Shown in pieces: positions 23,717-36,255 of a stretch of DNA of 64,000 nucleotides. A model generated the notes under the pieces. That model made no database searches, had not been told where the DNA came from, and saw only the letters and a program-made list of their open reading frames with translations. Every line of letters starts with the position of its first letter. Position 1 is the stretch's first letter. The position numbers were made by a program, and so were the translations under genes. Location of the stretch: positions 310,001-374,000 of the forward strand of contig JAPDFW010000076.1 in the NCBI GenBank assembly GCA_028826165.1, read 5' to 3'. The stretch is from Anaeramoeba ignava BMAN (lineage: Eukaryota; Protista; Anaeramoebae).

Positions 23717-26700
23717 TTAATTTCGATCATTTTTTGATTCTTTTTGATTTTGATTTTGATTATTATGATTATTATTAATTTGAGAAGAATTCCAGAAAAT
23801 AAAATCGCAATTTTCAGCAATAGTCACTAAAACAATAGTATTTGATTTAATTTCAGGATCAATATCTGCATAAGCTTTTTCGAGAGATTCAGCAGCTTGA
23901 GAGTTAATTGCCCAAATGTGAAGAATTTGTTTTTTGAATTTAGGTTTTATTGCTAATTTTGTTGAAGCAATTACTCCTTCTAATTTTTTTTTCAAAAGTC
24001 GCTTTGCATCTTCTTCAGTGTAAGGTGAATTTGGTGGATATTTCATTGCTCGTGTCACACTCACTCCAAAATTTGTATCATGAATTTTAACTGCATAATC
24101 GGTGATTTTTCCTGTTGGGTAATAGATAATTTCCTATTTACAATTTAATATTTAATATATATTTAATTTATATTTAATTTATATTTAATTTATATTTAAT
24201 TAATATTTAATATTTAATTTATATTTAATTAATATTTAATTTATATTTAATTTATAATTAATATTTAATATATATTTAATTTATATTTAATTTATATTTA
24301 ATATTTAATTTATATTTAATTTATATTTAATATTTAATTTATATTTAATTTATATTTAATTTATATTTAATTTATATTTAATTAATATTTAATTTATATT
24401 TAATATTTAATTTATATTTAATATTTAATTTATATTTAATATATATATATTTAATATTTAATTTATATTTAATTTTATATTTAATTTATATTTAATATTT
24501 AATTTATATTTAATATTTAATTTAATATTTAATTTTTATATTTAATATTTAATTTATATTTAATATTTAATTAATATTTAATTTAATTAATATTTAATTT
24601 AATATTTAATTTATATTTAATTAATATTTAATTTATATTTAATATTTAATTTATATTTAATATTTAATTTATATTTAATATTTAATTTATATTTAATATT
24701 TAATTTATATTTAATATTTAATTTATATTTAATTTATATTTAATTTATATTTAATTAATTTATATTTAATTTATATTTAATTTATTTATATTTAATATTT
24801 AATTTATATTTAATTTATATTTAATTTATATTTAATTTTATATTTAATTTATATTTAATTTATATTTAATTTATATTTAATTTATATTTAATTTATATTT
24901 TAATTTTATATTTAATTTATATTTAATTTATATTTAATTTATATTTAATTTATATTTAATTTATATTTGTTTTTATATTTAATTTATATATTTAATTTAT
25001 ATTTAATATTTTTAATTTTATTTAATTTATATTTAATTTATATTTAATTTTATTTAATTTATATTTAATTTATATTTAATTTATATTTAATTTATATTTA
25101 ATTTATATTTAATTTATATTTAATTTATATTTTAATTTTATATTTAATTTTATATTTAATTTATATTTAATTTATATTTAATATTTAATTTTATTTATTT
25201 AATATTTAATATTTAATTTATATTTAATTTATATTTAATATTTTAATTTATATTTTAATTTATATTTAATATTTAATTTATATTTAATATTTAATATTTA
25301 ATTTTAATTTATATTTAATATTTTAATTTATATTTTATTTTTAATATTTAATTTTATTTTGAATTATATTTAATTAATATTTAATATTTAATTTATATTT
25401 AATTTTTAATATTTATTTATTTAATATTTAATTTATATTTAATTTATATTTAATTTATATTTATATTTAATATTTAATTTATATTTAATTTTATTTATTT
25501 TTATTTTATTTAATATTTAATTTTATATTTAATTAATATTTAATTTATTTAATTTTGGTTTATATTTGGTTTATATTTATATTTTAATATTTAATTTATA
25601 TTTATTTAATTTATATTTAATTTTATATTTAATTAATTTATATTTAATTTATATTTAATATTTAATTTATATTTAATTTATATTTAATTTATATTTAATT
25701 TTATATTTAATTTATATTTGTATTTAATTAATATTTAATTTATATTTAATTAATATTTAATTAATATTTAATATTTATATTTAATATTTAATATTTAATA
25801 TTTAATTAATATTTAATTAATATTTAATTTATATTTAATATTTAATTTAATATTTAATATTTAATTTTATTTTAATATTTATTTTAATATTTAATATTTA
25901 ATTTATATTTAATATTTAATTAATATTTAATATTTAATTTATATTTAATTTATATTTAATATATATTTAATTTATATTTAATATTTAATATATTTAATTT
26001 ATATTTAATTTATATTTAATATTTAATTTATATTTAATTTATATTTAATATTTAATATTTAATTAATATTTAATTTATAATTAATATTTAATATTTAATA
26101 TTTAATTTATATTTAATATTTAATATTTAATTTATATTTAATATTTAATATTTAATTAATATTTAATATTTAATATTTAATTTATATTTAATTTATATTT
26201 AATATTTAATTTATATTTAATATTTAATTTATATTTATATTTTATATTTTAATATTTAATTTTATTTATATATTTAATATTTAATTTATATTTATATTTA
26301 TATTTTATATTTAATTTATATTTTAATATTTAATATTTAATTTATATTTAATTTATATTTAATATTTAATTTATATTTAATTAATTAATATTTAATTAAT
26401 ATTTAATTTTTAATTAATATTTATTTAATTTATATTTAATATTTAATAATTAATTTATATTTAATTTATATTTAATATATATATTTAGTTTATATTTAGT
26501 TTATATTTAATATATATATTTAATTTATATTTAATTAATATTTAATTTATATTTAGTTTATATTTAATTTATATTTAATATTTAATTTATATTTAATATT
26601 TAATTTATATTTAATTTATATTTAATTTATATTTAATTACCATTTCAGTTGCGAGTAATTTTGAATTAAATGATCGAAATAAAATTTCATTTGATAAAGT

Positions 26701-27075
26701 TTCACTGATAATTGAATTTCCACCTGCATTTGGAGTATTTAAAATTTTGAGAGAACTAATTAATTAAAAAAAAAAGGAAAAATAAAAATAAAAAAGAATT
26801 CTCATTATTTTAAGAATAACGTTATTATAATTTTTTTAAAGAATAAATATTTACTCAGAACATAAATTCATGTCTTGAAATGAAACATTTGTTTGAAAAG
26901 AATGAATAAAAAATGCAGGAGAATTTTTGTTAAGTAAAGCTTTTGAAAATTCAGGTTCAAGTTCATCATTTAAAATAAAATCTGTTTGAAACTTTTCTTT
27001 CTCTTGTAAAGAAGAAGAAGTAGAAGAAAAAAAAGAAAGAAAAGCTTTTGCTAATTCGTACTATCCAGTTTTCAT
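23717..27075 (-). CDS. AAC4-like protein (Dictyostelium 'AAC-rich mRNA clone AAC4' family)
   Basis: Exons about 27075-26855 (5' end problematic), 26755-26641, 24133-23717. They give LNTPNAGGNSIISE.LS.EIL..LLATEMEIIYYP.GKITDY..GVSVTRAMKY..AKRLL.KKL.GV..S..KQILHIW..NTIVLVT. Confidence 0.75.
24140..26638. repeat. 2.5-kb (TATATTTAATT / TATTTAA)n satellite filling an intron
   Basis: Almost G/C-free; bounded by GT at 26640 and AG at 24134 on the minus strand. Confidence 0.95.
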
Positions 27076-27427
27076 AATAATAAAAAAAAAGAAAAATGAA
27101 AAATTAAAAAAATTAAATAAAAAATAAAATAATTAAAAAAGGAGAAAAAAAAAAGAGGAAAAATTATTTTAATTATTTTTTTTTTATTTTTATTTTTTGG
27201 ATTTTAATTTTCATTTTTTTTTAATTTTTTAATCTTTCATTTTTTTTCTTTTTACTTGCTTTTATAATTTTTTTTTTTCTTTCTTTCTTTCTTTGTTAAA
27301 TTTTTTGCTTTTAACTTTTTTTAAATTTTTTTTTTGCTTCTCTTTCTTTTTGTCTATTAAAAAAAAAAATAAAAAAATCATTTAAAGGAAACTAAAACGA
27401 TTCTAAACAGAAGAGATTAATAAAGGA

Positions 27428-30278
27428 ATGAGTTTAAACAACGCAATGGAAGATGAAAAAATGATAAAAGATGAAAAAGAAATTGATAAAATAATAATAA
27501 AAAAACAAAAACCAAAAATTCAAGTTGAAAATTTAAATGAATCAAATAAAAATCAGAAAAATCGAATTTTTCTAAATGAATCACAAATGAATCAAATTTT
27601 AATGGATCCAAAACCAAATCAAAATCAAAATCAAAATCAAAATGAAAATCAAAATCAAAATCAAAATCAAAATCAAATTCAAAATCAAAATGAAAATGAA
27701 AATGAAAATCAAAATCAAAATCAAATTCAAAATCAAAATCAAAATGAAAATCAAAATCAAATTCAAAATCAAATTCAAAATCAAAATCAAAATCAAAATC
27801 AAAATCAAATTCAAAATCAAAACCAAAATCAAAACCAAAATCAAAATCAAATTCAATATCAAAATCAAAATCAATATCAAAATCAAAATCAATATCAAAA
27901 TCAAAATCAAATTCAATATCAAAATCAAAATCAATATCAAAATCAAAATCAAAATCAATATCAAAATCAAAACCAATATCATCATCCAAATGCAATCAAA
28001 ATTCAAGATCAAAATCAAAAAGGGATTTTTTTTCAACATAAAGAAACTGATGATTCAAGAGCACAAATGCAAAATTTAAGCTTTTTCGATAACATTTCAT
28101 CCAGATTAGCGAAATCACTAAGTCCAAACAGCATGTATTCACAATTTAAATTATCACAATCACTTGAAGACAAACTCAAATTATACACATCAAGAAATAT
28201 TGAAATGAAAACACCACAAAATACACAAAGTTTCCCACGTTCAGGAAGTTTAGGAAGTTTTGGGACAATTCAAAATCATTTGAGGACACAAGAACCACAA
28301 TATTTCCAAACAACACTTAAAAACGAACCAAGATCAGTTCCCAATTTGAATATGTTATGGACAGAACAAAAAATGATGAATCGAAAAGAAAATGAAAATT
28401 TAAAAATGAATATGAATGTAAATATGAATCCGAATATGAATCCAAATATGAATCCAAATATTAATCCAAATATGAATCCAAATATTAATCCAAATATTAA
28501 TCCAAATATGAATCCAAATATGAATCCAAATATGAATCAAAATATGAATCAAAATATGAATCAAAATATGAATCAAAATATTAATCAAAATATGAATCCA
28601 AATATGAATCCAAATATTAATCCAAATATGAATCCAAATATGAACCCAAATATGAACCCAAATATTAATCCAAATATTAATCAAAGACAAGCTTTTATGT
28701 CTTATGAATTCCCCCAAAATCGTCATCAACCAATCACATCTTCTTCACTTCCCTATTTCTCAAATCTTCGGAATGAAAAATTTTCACATTTATCAGAATC
28801 ACTTCCAAAAGAAACATTCATGACATCACCAAACCAACAATCATATTTTCGGACATTTTCACCAATAACAAACGGACAAAAAACATATCCAAACTTGAGC
28901 AACATGAACATAGGGGTGAATATACAAGCACCACAAGCAATGAAACCATTCAAAACAAGGAATTCACAACAAAAATTTTCATATTCAACAGAAGATGATT
29001 TGAATCTTGAAGAAATTCAAGAGAAAAACGAGCCGAATATTGAGTACAATTTCCAGAACTCTGATTGGTATCAAGTTGAGTTTAAATCTGGACGGCGTGA
29101 TTTATATTATTGTCACCGTTCAATGAAGATGGTAAATAATGATTTTGTGATTGTCGAAGCAGATCGCGGTCACGATTTGGGAAGAGTCGCTTCCTTTGTC
29201 TCTTTCGAAGAACTTGAGGCTGGTTTGGATTCTGATGTTGATGATTCTTTGTTTGATGATAAGATGAGAATCATTAGAAAGGCCACTGATGCTGAAATTA
29301 ATCAATTGAAATCAAAAATGGAGGATGAAAAAAATGCTTTGATTGTTTGTCGAAATAAAGTTACTCAACGTAATTTACCAATGAAGGTAATTTTGATATT
29401 TGAGTTGAAATTTAAAATAATTCAAATCAAATCAAAATAATTCAAATCAAAATAATTTAAATTAAATAATTTCAAATTAAATTAAATAATTCAAAATAAT
29501 TCAAATAAAATCCAAAAATAATTTCAAATCAAAATAATCCAAATTAAATAATTCAAAATAATTTAAATTAAATTAAATAATTCAATCCAATTCAAAATAA
29601 TTTAAATTAAATAATTTAAATTAAATAATTCAATCCAATTCAAAATAATTTAAATTAAATAATTCAAATAAAATCCAAAAATAATTCAATCCAAATCAAA
29701 ATAATTCAAATTAAATAATTCAAAATAATTTAAATTAAATTAAATAATTCAATCCAATTCAATCCAATTCAATCCAATTCAAAATAAATTAAATTAAATA
29801 ATTCAAATAAAATAATTCAATCCAAATCAAAATAATCCAAATTAAATAATTCAATCCAATTCAATCCAATTCAAATTAAATAATTCAAATAAAATAATTC
29901 AATCCAAATCAAAATAATTTAAATAAAATAATTCAATCCAAATCAAAATAATTCAAATTAAATAATTCAAAATAATTCAAATAAAATAATCCAAAAATAA
30001 ATTAAATAATTCAAATAATTAAATTGAAAAAAATCCAAAAAAAAACTCAATAATTCAAATTAAATTGAAAAAAATTCAATCCAATCCAAATTAATTAATA
30101 CTTCAAAATATTTTGATTTGTTTAGGTTTTTGATGCAGAATTTCAATTTGATCGAAAGAAATTAACCTTTTATTTCTCTGCAAACTCAAGAATTGACTTT
30201 AGAGAGCTTGTTAGAGATTTGTTTAAAATTCATAAAACAAGAATATGGATGAAACAAATAGAAACAAAAGATAATTAA
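27428..30278 (+). CDS. PSP1 C-terminal domain protein with NQ and NPNM low-complexity tracts
   Basis: Exons 27428-29386 and 30126-30278. Motifs: [70 protein letters not shown]. Confidence 0.93.
29410..30090. repeat. AAATAATTC / AATCC composite satellite in the PSP1 intron
   Basis: Directly visible. Confidence 0.85.
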
Positions 30279-30509
30279 TTCAAAATGTGAACCAAACAAT
30301 TTAATCTTTTTTTCAATTTGATTTTTTTTACTTTTTTTACTTTTTTTACTTTTCCATTGTTTTTGTTTTTTTTTTGGAAAAGCTAAAAATTTTTTGCATT
30401 CTTTTTTTTTTTCTTTTAAATTCCTTTTTGAATTCAATTAAAATTGTTTGAGTTCCAAAAAGAACAATTTTATGAGGAGACTGTATTAACGAAATAAAAG
30501 AAGGAACTA

Positions 30510-30940
30510 AAAATTTTAATTTTAATTTTAATTTAAAAAAAAAAGTGGAACAAAATTTTTAATTTATTCTAAATTTTAATTTTAATTTTAATTTTAATTT
30601 TAAAAAAAAAAGTGGAACAAAAATTTAATTTTAATTTATTCTAAATTTTAATTTTAACTTATTCTAAATTTTAATTTAAAAAAAAAGTGGAACAAAATTT
30701 AATTTTAACTTATTCTAAATTTTAATTTTAATTTATTCTAAAATTTAATTTTAACTTAAAAAAAAAAGTGGAACAAAAATTTTAATTTATTTTAATTTTA
30801 ATTTATTTTAATTTTATTTTAATTTATTTTAAAAAAAAAAGTGGAACAAAATTTAATTTTAATTTTAATTTTAATTTTAAATTTAATTTTAACTTATTCT
30901 AAATTTTAATTTTAATTAATTTTAATTAATTTTAATTTAT
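30510..30940. repeat. About 70-80-bp degenerate tandem repeat with core AAAAAGTGGAACAAAA (5 copies)
   Basis: GTGGAAC cores at 30545, 30612, 30687, 30768 and 30841. Confidence 0.85.
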
Positions 30941-30951
30941 TTTTATTTTTA

Positions 30952-31962
30952 TTAAACTTTCGAAATATCAATTTGAGCACGAAGTAAAACACGAATAGCA
31001 GCTTTAACAACAGGAACATCAGCAGAAATACCATGGAAATCAAGAACGCCTTTGTTATTAGCCTCAAACTTACGGAGAAGTTCTATAGCGTTATCAATTT
31101 CACTTTTACTTGGAGAAAAAATATTCTGGACAATTTGGATCTGCTTTGGATGAATAATAGATTTTCCAGTAAAACCAAGATTGACAGCATCCAAACTTTC
31201 CGAAATCAGCTTTGAATCATCCTTGAAATGTATATTGACCATATCAATAGACTCCAAACCATAAGCAGCTGCGTGCAAAACAATTGAACTTCGTGCAAAT
31301 AGCAATTCATTCCCACTTGGAGTCCTTTTACATCCAATTGACGCACTATAATCTTCAGCTCCAAACACTAAACCCCTTAACATCTCATGTCGAGCTCCGT
31401 TTGACTCAAGGATCTCCTTGATATTCACGATCCCTTTCGCCGTTTCAAATGTCGCGTAAATTTTCAATTTTTTTTTGCATTCTTTGATTTTTTTTTCAAT
31501 AAGAAAAATATCTTCAAAATTTTCCACTTTTGGAAGTAAAATTCCACTGAATTGATTTTGAGATAATATTTCGGGTCGAAGAAATGCTTCGATGTCTTTT
31601 TTTCCTTCTTTTTTTTGCACTTCGTTAAAACGTATGATTAATTGATTTGGATTTTCGAATTTTATGTCACTTTTTTTGGAAACAATTTCTAAAACGTTTT
31701 TTCTTGCTATTGATCGTTGTTCTGGAATAACCGCATCTTCCAAATCAAATGCTATCAAATCACACTTGAATTGTGTTGATTTTTGCAGTTTTTTTTTGGA
31801 ATCGCCTGGAACATAAAGAAGTGTTCTTGGCGGTAAATTTTTGGATAAACTGTTTATGTAATCGGGAAATTGCTCGTGAATTTTAAGTGTTCGAGCAATT
31901 ATTGGTAAATTTATTTTAGCGCTGATTTTAAATGTTGTGTTAATTAATTTATTTCCAATCAT
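30952..31962 (-). CDS. citE: CitE/CLYBL-family CoA lyase (citrate lyase beta-like; malyl/citramalyl-CoA lyase) with putative organellar presequence
   Basis: Motifs: RTLLYVPG, AFDLEDAV, ILLPKVE, FETAKGI, LVFGAEDYSASIG, GFTGKSIIHPKQI. Likely ATG at 31962; intronless. Confidence 0.9.
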   Translation of the reverse strand: MIGNKLINTTFKISAKINLPIIARTLKIHEQFPDYINSLSKNLPPRTLLYVPGDSKKKLQKSTQFKCDLIAFDLEDAVIPEQRSIARKNVLEIVSKKSDIKFENPNQLIIRFNEVQKKEGKKDIEAFLRPEILSQNQFSGILLPKVENFEDIFLIEKKIKECKKKLKIYATFETAKGIVNIKEILESNGARHEMLRGLVFGAEDYSASIGCKRTPSGNELLFARSSIVLHAAAYGLESIDMVNIHFKDDSKLISESLDAVNLGFTGKSIIHPKQIQIVQNIFSPSKSEIDNAIELLRKFEANNKGVLDFHGISADVPVVKAAIRVLLRAQIDISKV

Positions 31963-32060
31963 TTTTTTAACATTGAAAGAAAAAAATGAAAATTCAAAAT
32001 TCAAATAAAAAATTTCATTTTTTTCTTTCTTATTCTTTTTCATTTTTGATTTATTCTCCA

Positions 32061-34910
32061 ATGATTTTTGTTAAAAATATTCTTCAAGATAAAATTTCTG
32101 TTATTTTTCATTGCATAAATTTTGTATTTAATAAAATATTTAATAAAATATTCAATAAAACATTCAATAAAATATTCAATAAAAAATTCAATAAAATATT
32201 TAATAAAATATTTAATAAAACATTCAATAAAATATTTAATAAAATATTTAATAAAATATTCAATAAAATATTCAATAAAATATTCAATAAAATATTTAAT
32301 AAAATATTTAATAAAATATTTAATAAAATATTTAATAAAATATTCAATAAAATATTTAATAAAATATTTAATAAAATATTTAATAAAATATTCAATAAAA
32401 TATTTAATAAAATATTTAATAAAATATTTAATAAAATATTCAATAAAATATTTAATAAAATATTTAATAAAATAGGTTTCTTTTGTTATTGCAATGGCAG
32501 GATTAGGTTTGATATCAAAAAAACAAAACGAAAAAACTTTATTTTAAAAATGAATTTAATTTAGAAATGAATTTAATTTGGAAATGAATTTAAATTTTGG
32601 AAATGAATTTAATTTAGAAATGAATTTAATTTTGGAAATGAATTTAATTTTGGAAATGAATTTAATTTAGGAAATGAATTTAATTTAGGAAATGAATTTA
32701 ATTTAGGAAATGAATTTAATTTTAAAAATGAATTTAATTTTAAAAATGAATTTAAATTTTGGAAATCAATTTAATTTTGGAAATGAATTTAATTTTAAAA
32801 ATGAATTTAATTTTAAAATGATTTTAATTTTGGAATCAATTTGGAATGAAATTGAAAAACTTAAAATATGAAAATTTTAATTATACAAAATATATTTATA
32901 TTTTGATAGGTTCTTTAGATTCAACATTTACAAAGTATTTTGTTCTTTATTTTTTTGCATCTATTTTTGCAGTGGGAATTTCTATTGGAATGATAATATT
33001 AAGAGCTCTTGATAAATTTAAACAAGTTGGGAGGGATTTAGTTAATTATTCTATAATTATTGTTCTTTCTTGGAATTTACTTGGTGCAAATGATGTTTAT
33101 TCAAGTTTATGCATTTCTTTGGGTTCTCAATGCAAAAAATCTACAAAAGCTTATGTTTTGGGTGTTTGTTTACATTTTTTTTCCTTGGTAATGCTAATAT
33201 AACTATTTTTTTACTTGAAAATTCCAAAATTTTCTTAATTGTGAATACTTAAAATATTTTAAGAATTTTGTCAAAATTAAATCCAAATCCAAATCTAAAT
33301 TCAAATCTAAATATAAATCTAAATATAAATCTAAATATAAATATAAATATAAATCTAAATATAAATATAAATATAAATCTAAATATAAATATAAATATAA
33401 ATATAAATATAAATATAATTATTAATATAAATATAAATATAAATCTAAATATAAATATAAATATAAATCCAAATCCAAATCCAAATCCAAATCTAAATCT
33501 AAATCCAAATCTAAATCTAAATCTAAATCTAAATCTAAATATAAATCTAAATCTAAATCTAAATATAAATCTAAATCTAAATATAAATCTAAATCTAAAT
33601 CTAAATATAAATCTAAATCTAAATCCAAATCCAAATCCAAATACAAATACAAATACAAATCCAAATCCAAATATAAATATAAATCCAAATCCAAATCCAA
33701 ATCTAAATCTAAATCTAAATCCAAATACAAATACAAATACAAATCCAAATACAAATACAAATCCAAATATAAATATAAACCCAATTTTATACCCTATTCC
33801 CAATTCAATTTTATAATTGATTTTATAATTGATTTTATAATTGATTTTATAATAAATTTTGTAATTGATTTTATAATTGATTTTATAATTGATTTTATAA
33901 TTAATTTTATAATTGATTTTATAATTAATTTTATAATTGATTTTATAATTAATTTTATAATTGATTTTATAATTAATTTTATAATAAATTTTATAATTGA
34001 TTTTGTAATAAATTTTGTAATTGATTTTATAATTGATTTTATAATTGATTTTATAATTAATTTTATAATTGATTTTATAATTGATTTTATAATTGATTTT
34101 ATAATTGATTTTATAATTAATTATAATTGATTTTATAATTGATTTTGTAATAAATTTTGTAATTGATCTTATAATTGATTTTGTAATTGATTTTGTAATA
34201 AATTTTATAATTAATTTTGTAATTGATTTTTATAATAAATTTTATAATTAATTTTGTAATTGATCTTATGATCAAATTTAATAATTAATTTTATAATTAA
34301 TTTTATGATCAAATTTAATAATTAATTTTATAATTGATTTTATAATTGATTTTATAATAAATTTTATAATTGATTTTATAATTAATTTTATAATTAATAA
34401 TCCTATTATATTTTAATTAACCAAAAAATGATTCATCAAATTTTTTTAAATAAACAAATTGATCAAGAAAATAAGAGAATTGGATTGTATTTATTTATAA
34501 ATTAAAATTAAAATTAAAATTAAAATTAAAAATTAAATTAAAATTATATTTGACTAGTTGAATTAAATTAAAAAAATTTTTTTTTTGGTTTTTCCAAAAG
34601 AAAAAGAAAAAGAAAAAGCAAAAATAAAAATAAAAAAAATAAGATCAACAAAATAAAACAAAACAAAACATAAATGAACAAAGTTAAACAACAAAACAAA
34701 TTCAACTTATTAAACAAAATCAACTTATAAACAAAAAAAAACTTTTTTTAAATAAAAAAGGTTTCTTTATTTTTAGTTAACCTTTATAATCAAAAATTAC
34801 CATCACAAGGATTTGAGATTTTAGAATCTAATATTACAGATCAAAAGGAGACTAAAAGATCAACGGATCCATCTGTGCCATACCAATTGCCAACAGATCA
34901 AAATTTCTAA
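32061..34910 (+). CDS. Small multi-pass (about 4 TM) membrane protein, loosely Sho1-TM-like
   Basis: Exons 32061-32123, 32476-32506 and 32910-33187 splice in frame and give hydrophobic helices. The 3' exons 34468-34486 and 34777-34910 are phase-compatible but tentative. Confidence 0.6.
32125..34395. repeat. Four different satellites in the introns of one gene
   Basis: AATAAAATATTY (32125-32472), GAAATGAATTTAATTTT (32546-32845), AAATMT/AAATCC (33280-33780), TTTTATAATTGA (33810-34395). Confidence 0.9.
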
Positions 34911-36255
34911 ATAACTTGATAAATAAAATTTTTTTTTTTTCCGTTTATTTTTTTTTTTAAAAAAGAAAATCCAACATTTTGAATTACAATCGAACTTGTT
35001 CCCCCTATTTTTAAACAATTTAATCTGGGGCTTATTTACTTTCCAAAATTTTATTTCATTGAAATTTTTTTTTTTTTTTTTTTAATTGATAATTAAAATA
35101 AAATTCAAACAGTTCCAAATTAAATTAAATTAAATTAAAAAAATTTTTAGTTTAAAAAATTCCTTTAAAAAAAAAATAATAAAAAATAAAAATTTGAATT
35201 GGAATCAAAATAGAAAATGATTTATTACAAATTAATTTATGTGGAATTAAAATTTAAAACAATCCAAATGAAAAAAAAAATTTTTTTATCTTTTTTTTTT
35301 TTTCATTCTTTTTTCTATTTTTTTTTTTTTAGTTTTAATTTTCCGTTTTGAATTCTTGTTATCAAAAGTAACCCTCTTTCTTTTAATTTACCAAAAAATT
35401 TGCATAAAATCAATTATTAAACATTTGAAAACAACGGAACAAAAGCAAGTAAAAAATATCAATTAACTTTGACTAGTTAATCTTAATTTCATTTTCTTTT
35501 TCATTTTATTTTAAATTTTCATTTAAAATCAATTTAATTTAAAAATATAATTATATTTAATAATAATAATTAAATTTTCAACATAAATTAAAAGGCAAGA
35601 AAATGAGATCAAAAAAAAAAAACACAAACAAAACAAATAAAATATTCAAACAATAAAATAAAATAATTAATTAAATAAATTATTATTAAAATTATTAATA
35701 AATTGGTTATTTAAAAATAAAAATAAAAGAAAAAAAAATCTCAAATAAATTTAAATAAGAAAAAGAATTAAAAAAAGATAAAAGAAGATCAGTTAAAATT
35801 TGATCAAAAAATAAACTTATTTTAATTAATTCAATAAAGAAAAAAAAAAAATCTCAAATAAAAAAAAATTAAATAAGCAAATATACTTTTGACTAAATCA
35901 AATTAATAAAAAAAACTTTTAAATTAAATTATAAATTAAATAATCCATTTGGAAAAAGGAAATTAAAATAAATTAAAATAAATAAAAAATAATAAAAAAA
36001 AAATCCAATAAAATAAAAAGAATAAGAAGAATAAAAGCTAGAATCATTTTGCCTTTTAAAATTTTGAATTAATTAAAAATTAAAACGTTTTTTATTTTTT
36101 GCCTTTTTTAATTGCGAAAATTAAAAATAAATAAAATTAAATTAAAAAAAAATTAACTAAATCAATTTAAACAAAAAAAAATCAAAAAAAAATTTTTTCT
36201 TTTTATTTTTATTCTTAAAGTTTCCAAAACAAACCCAAAATCAAAATAAAACAAA

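Noticed and set aside
27051-27061. 11-nt micro-intron GTACGAATTAG
   Set aside because: Removing it shifts into a frame that reaches a stop before the next donor.
30510-30940. CRISPR-like periodic repeat-spacer pattern
   Set aside because: The spacers are related low-complexity TTTTAA sequence, there are no cas genes, and the context is eukaryotic.
31963-32061. Upstream in-frame ATG extending citE to 32061
   Set aside because: The extra 33 codons are low-complexity promoter sequence abutting the neighbouring gene's start; the ATG at 31962 gives a plausible presequence.
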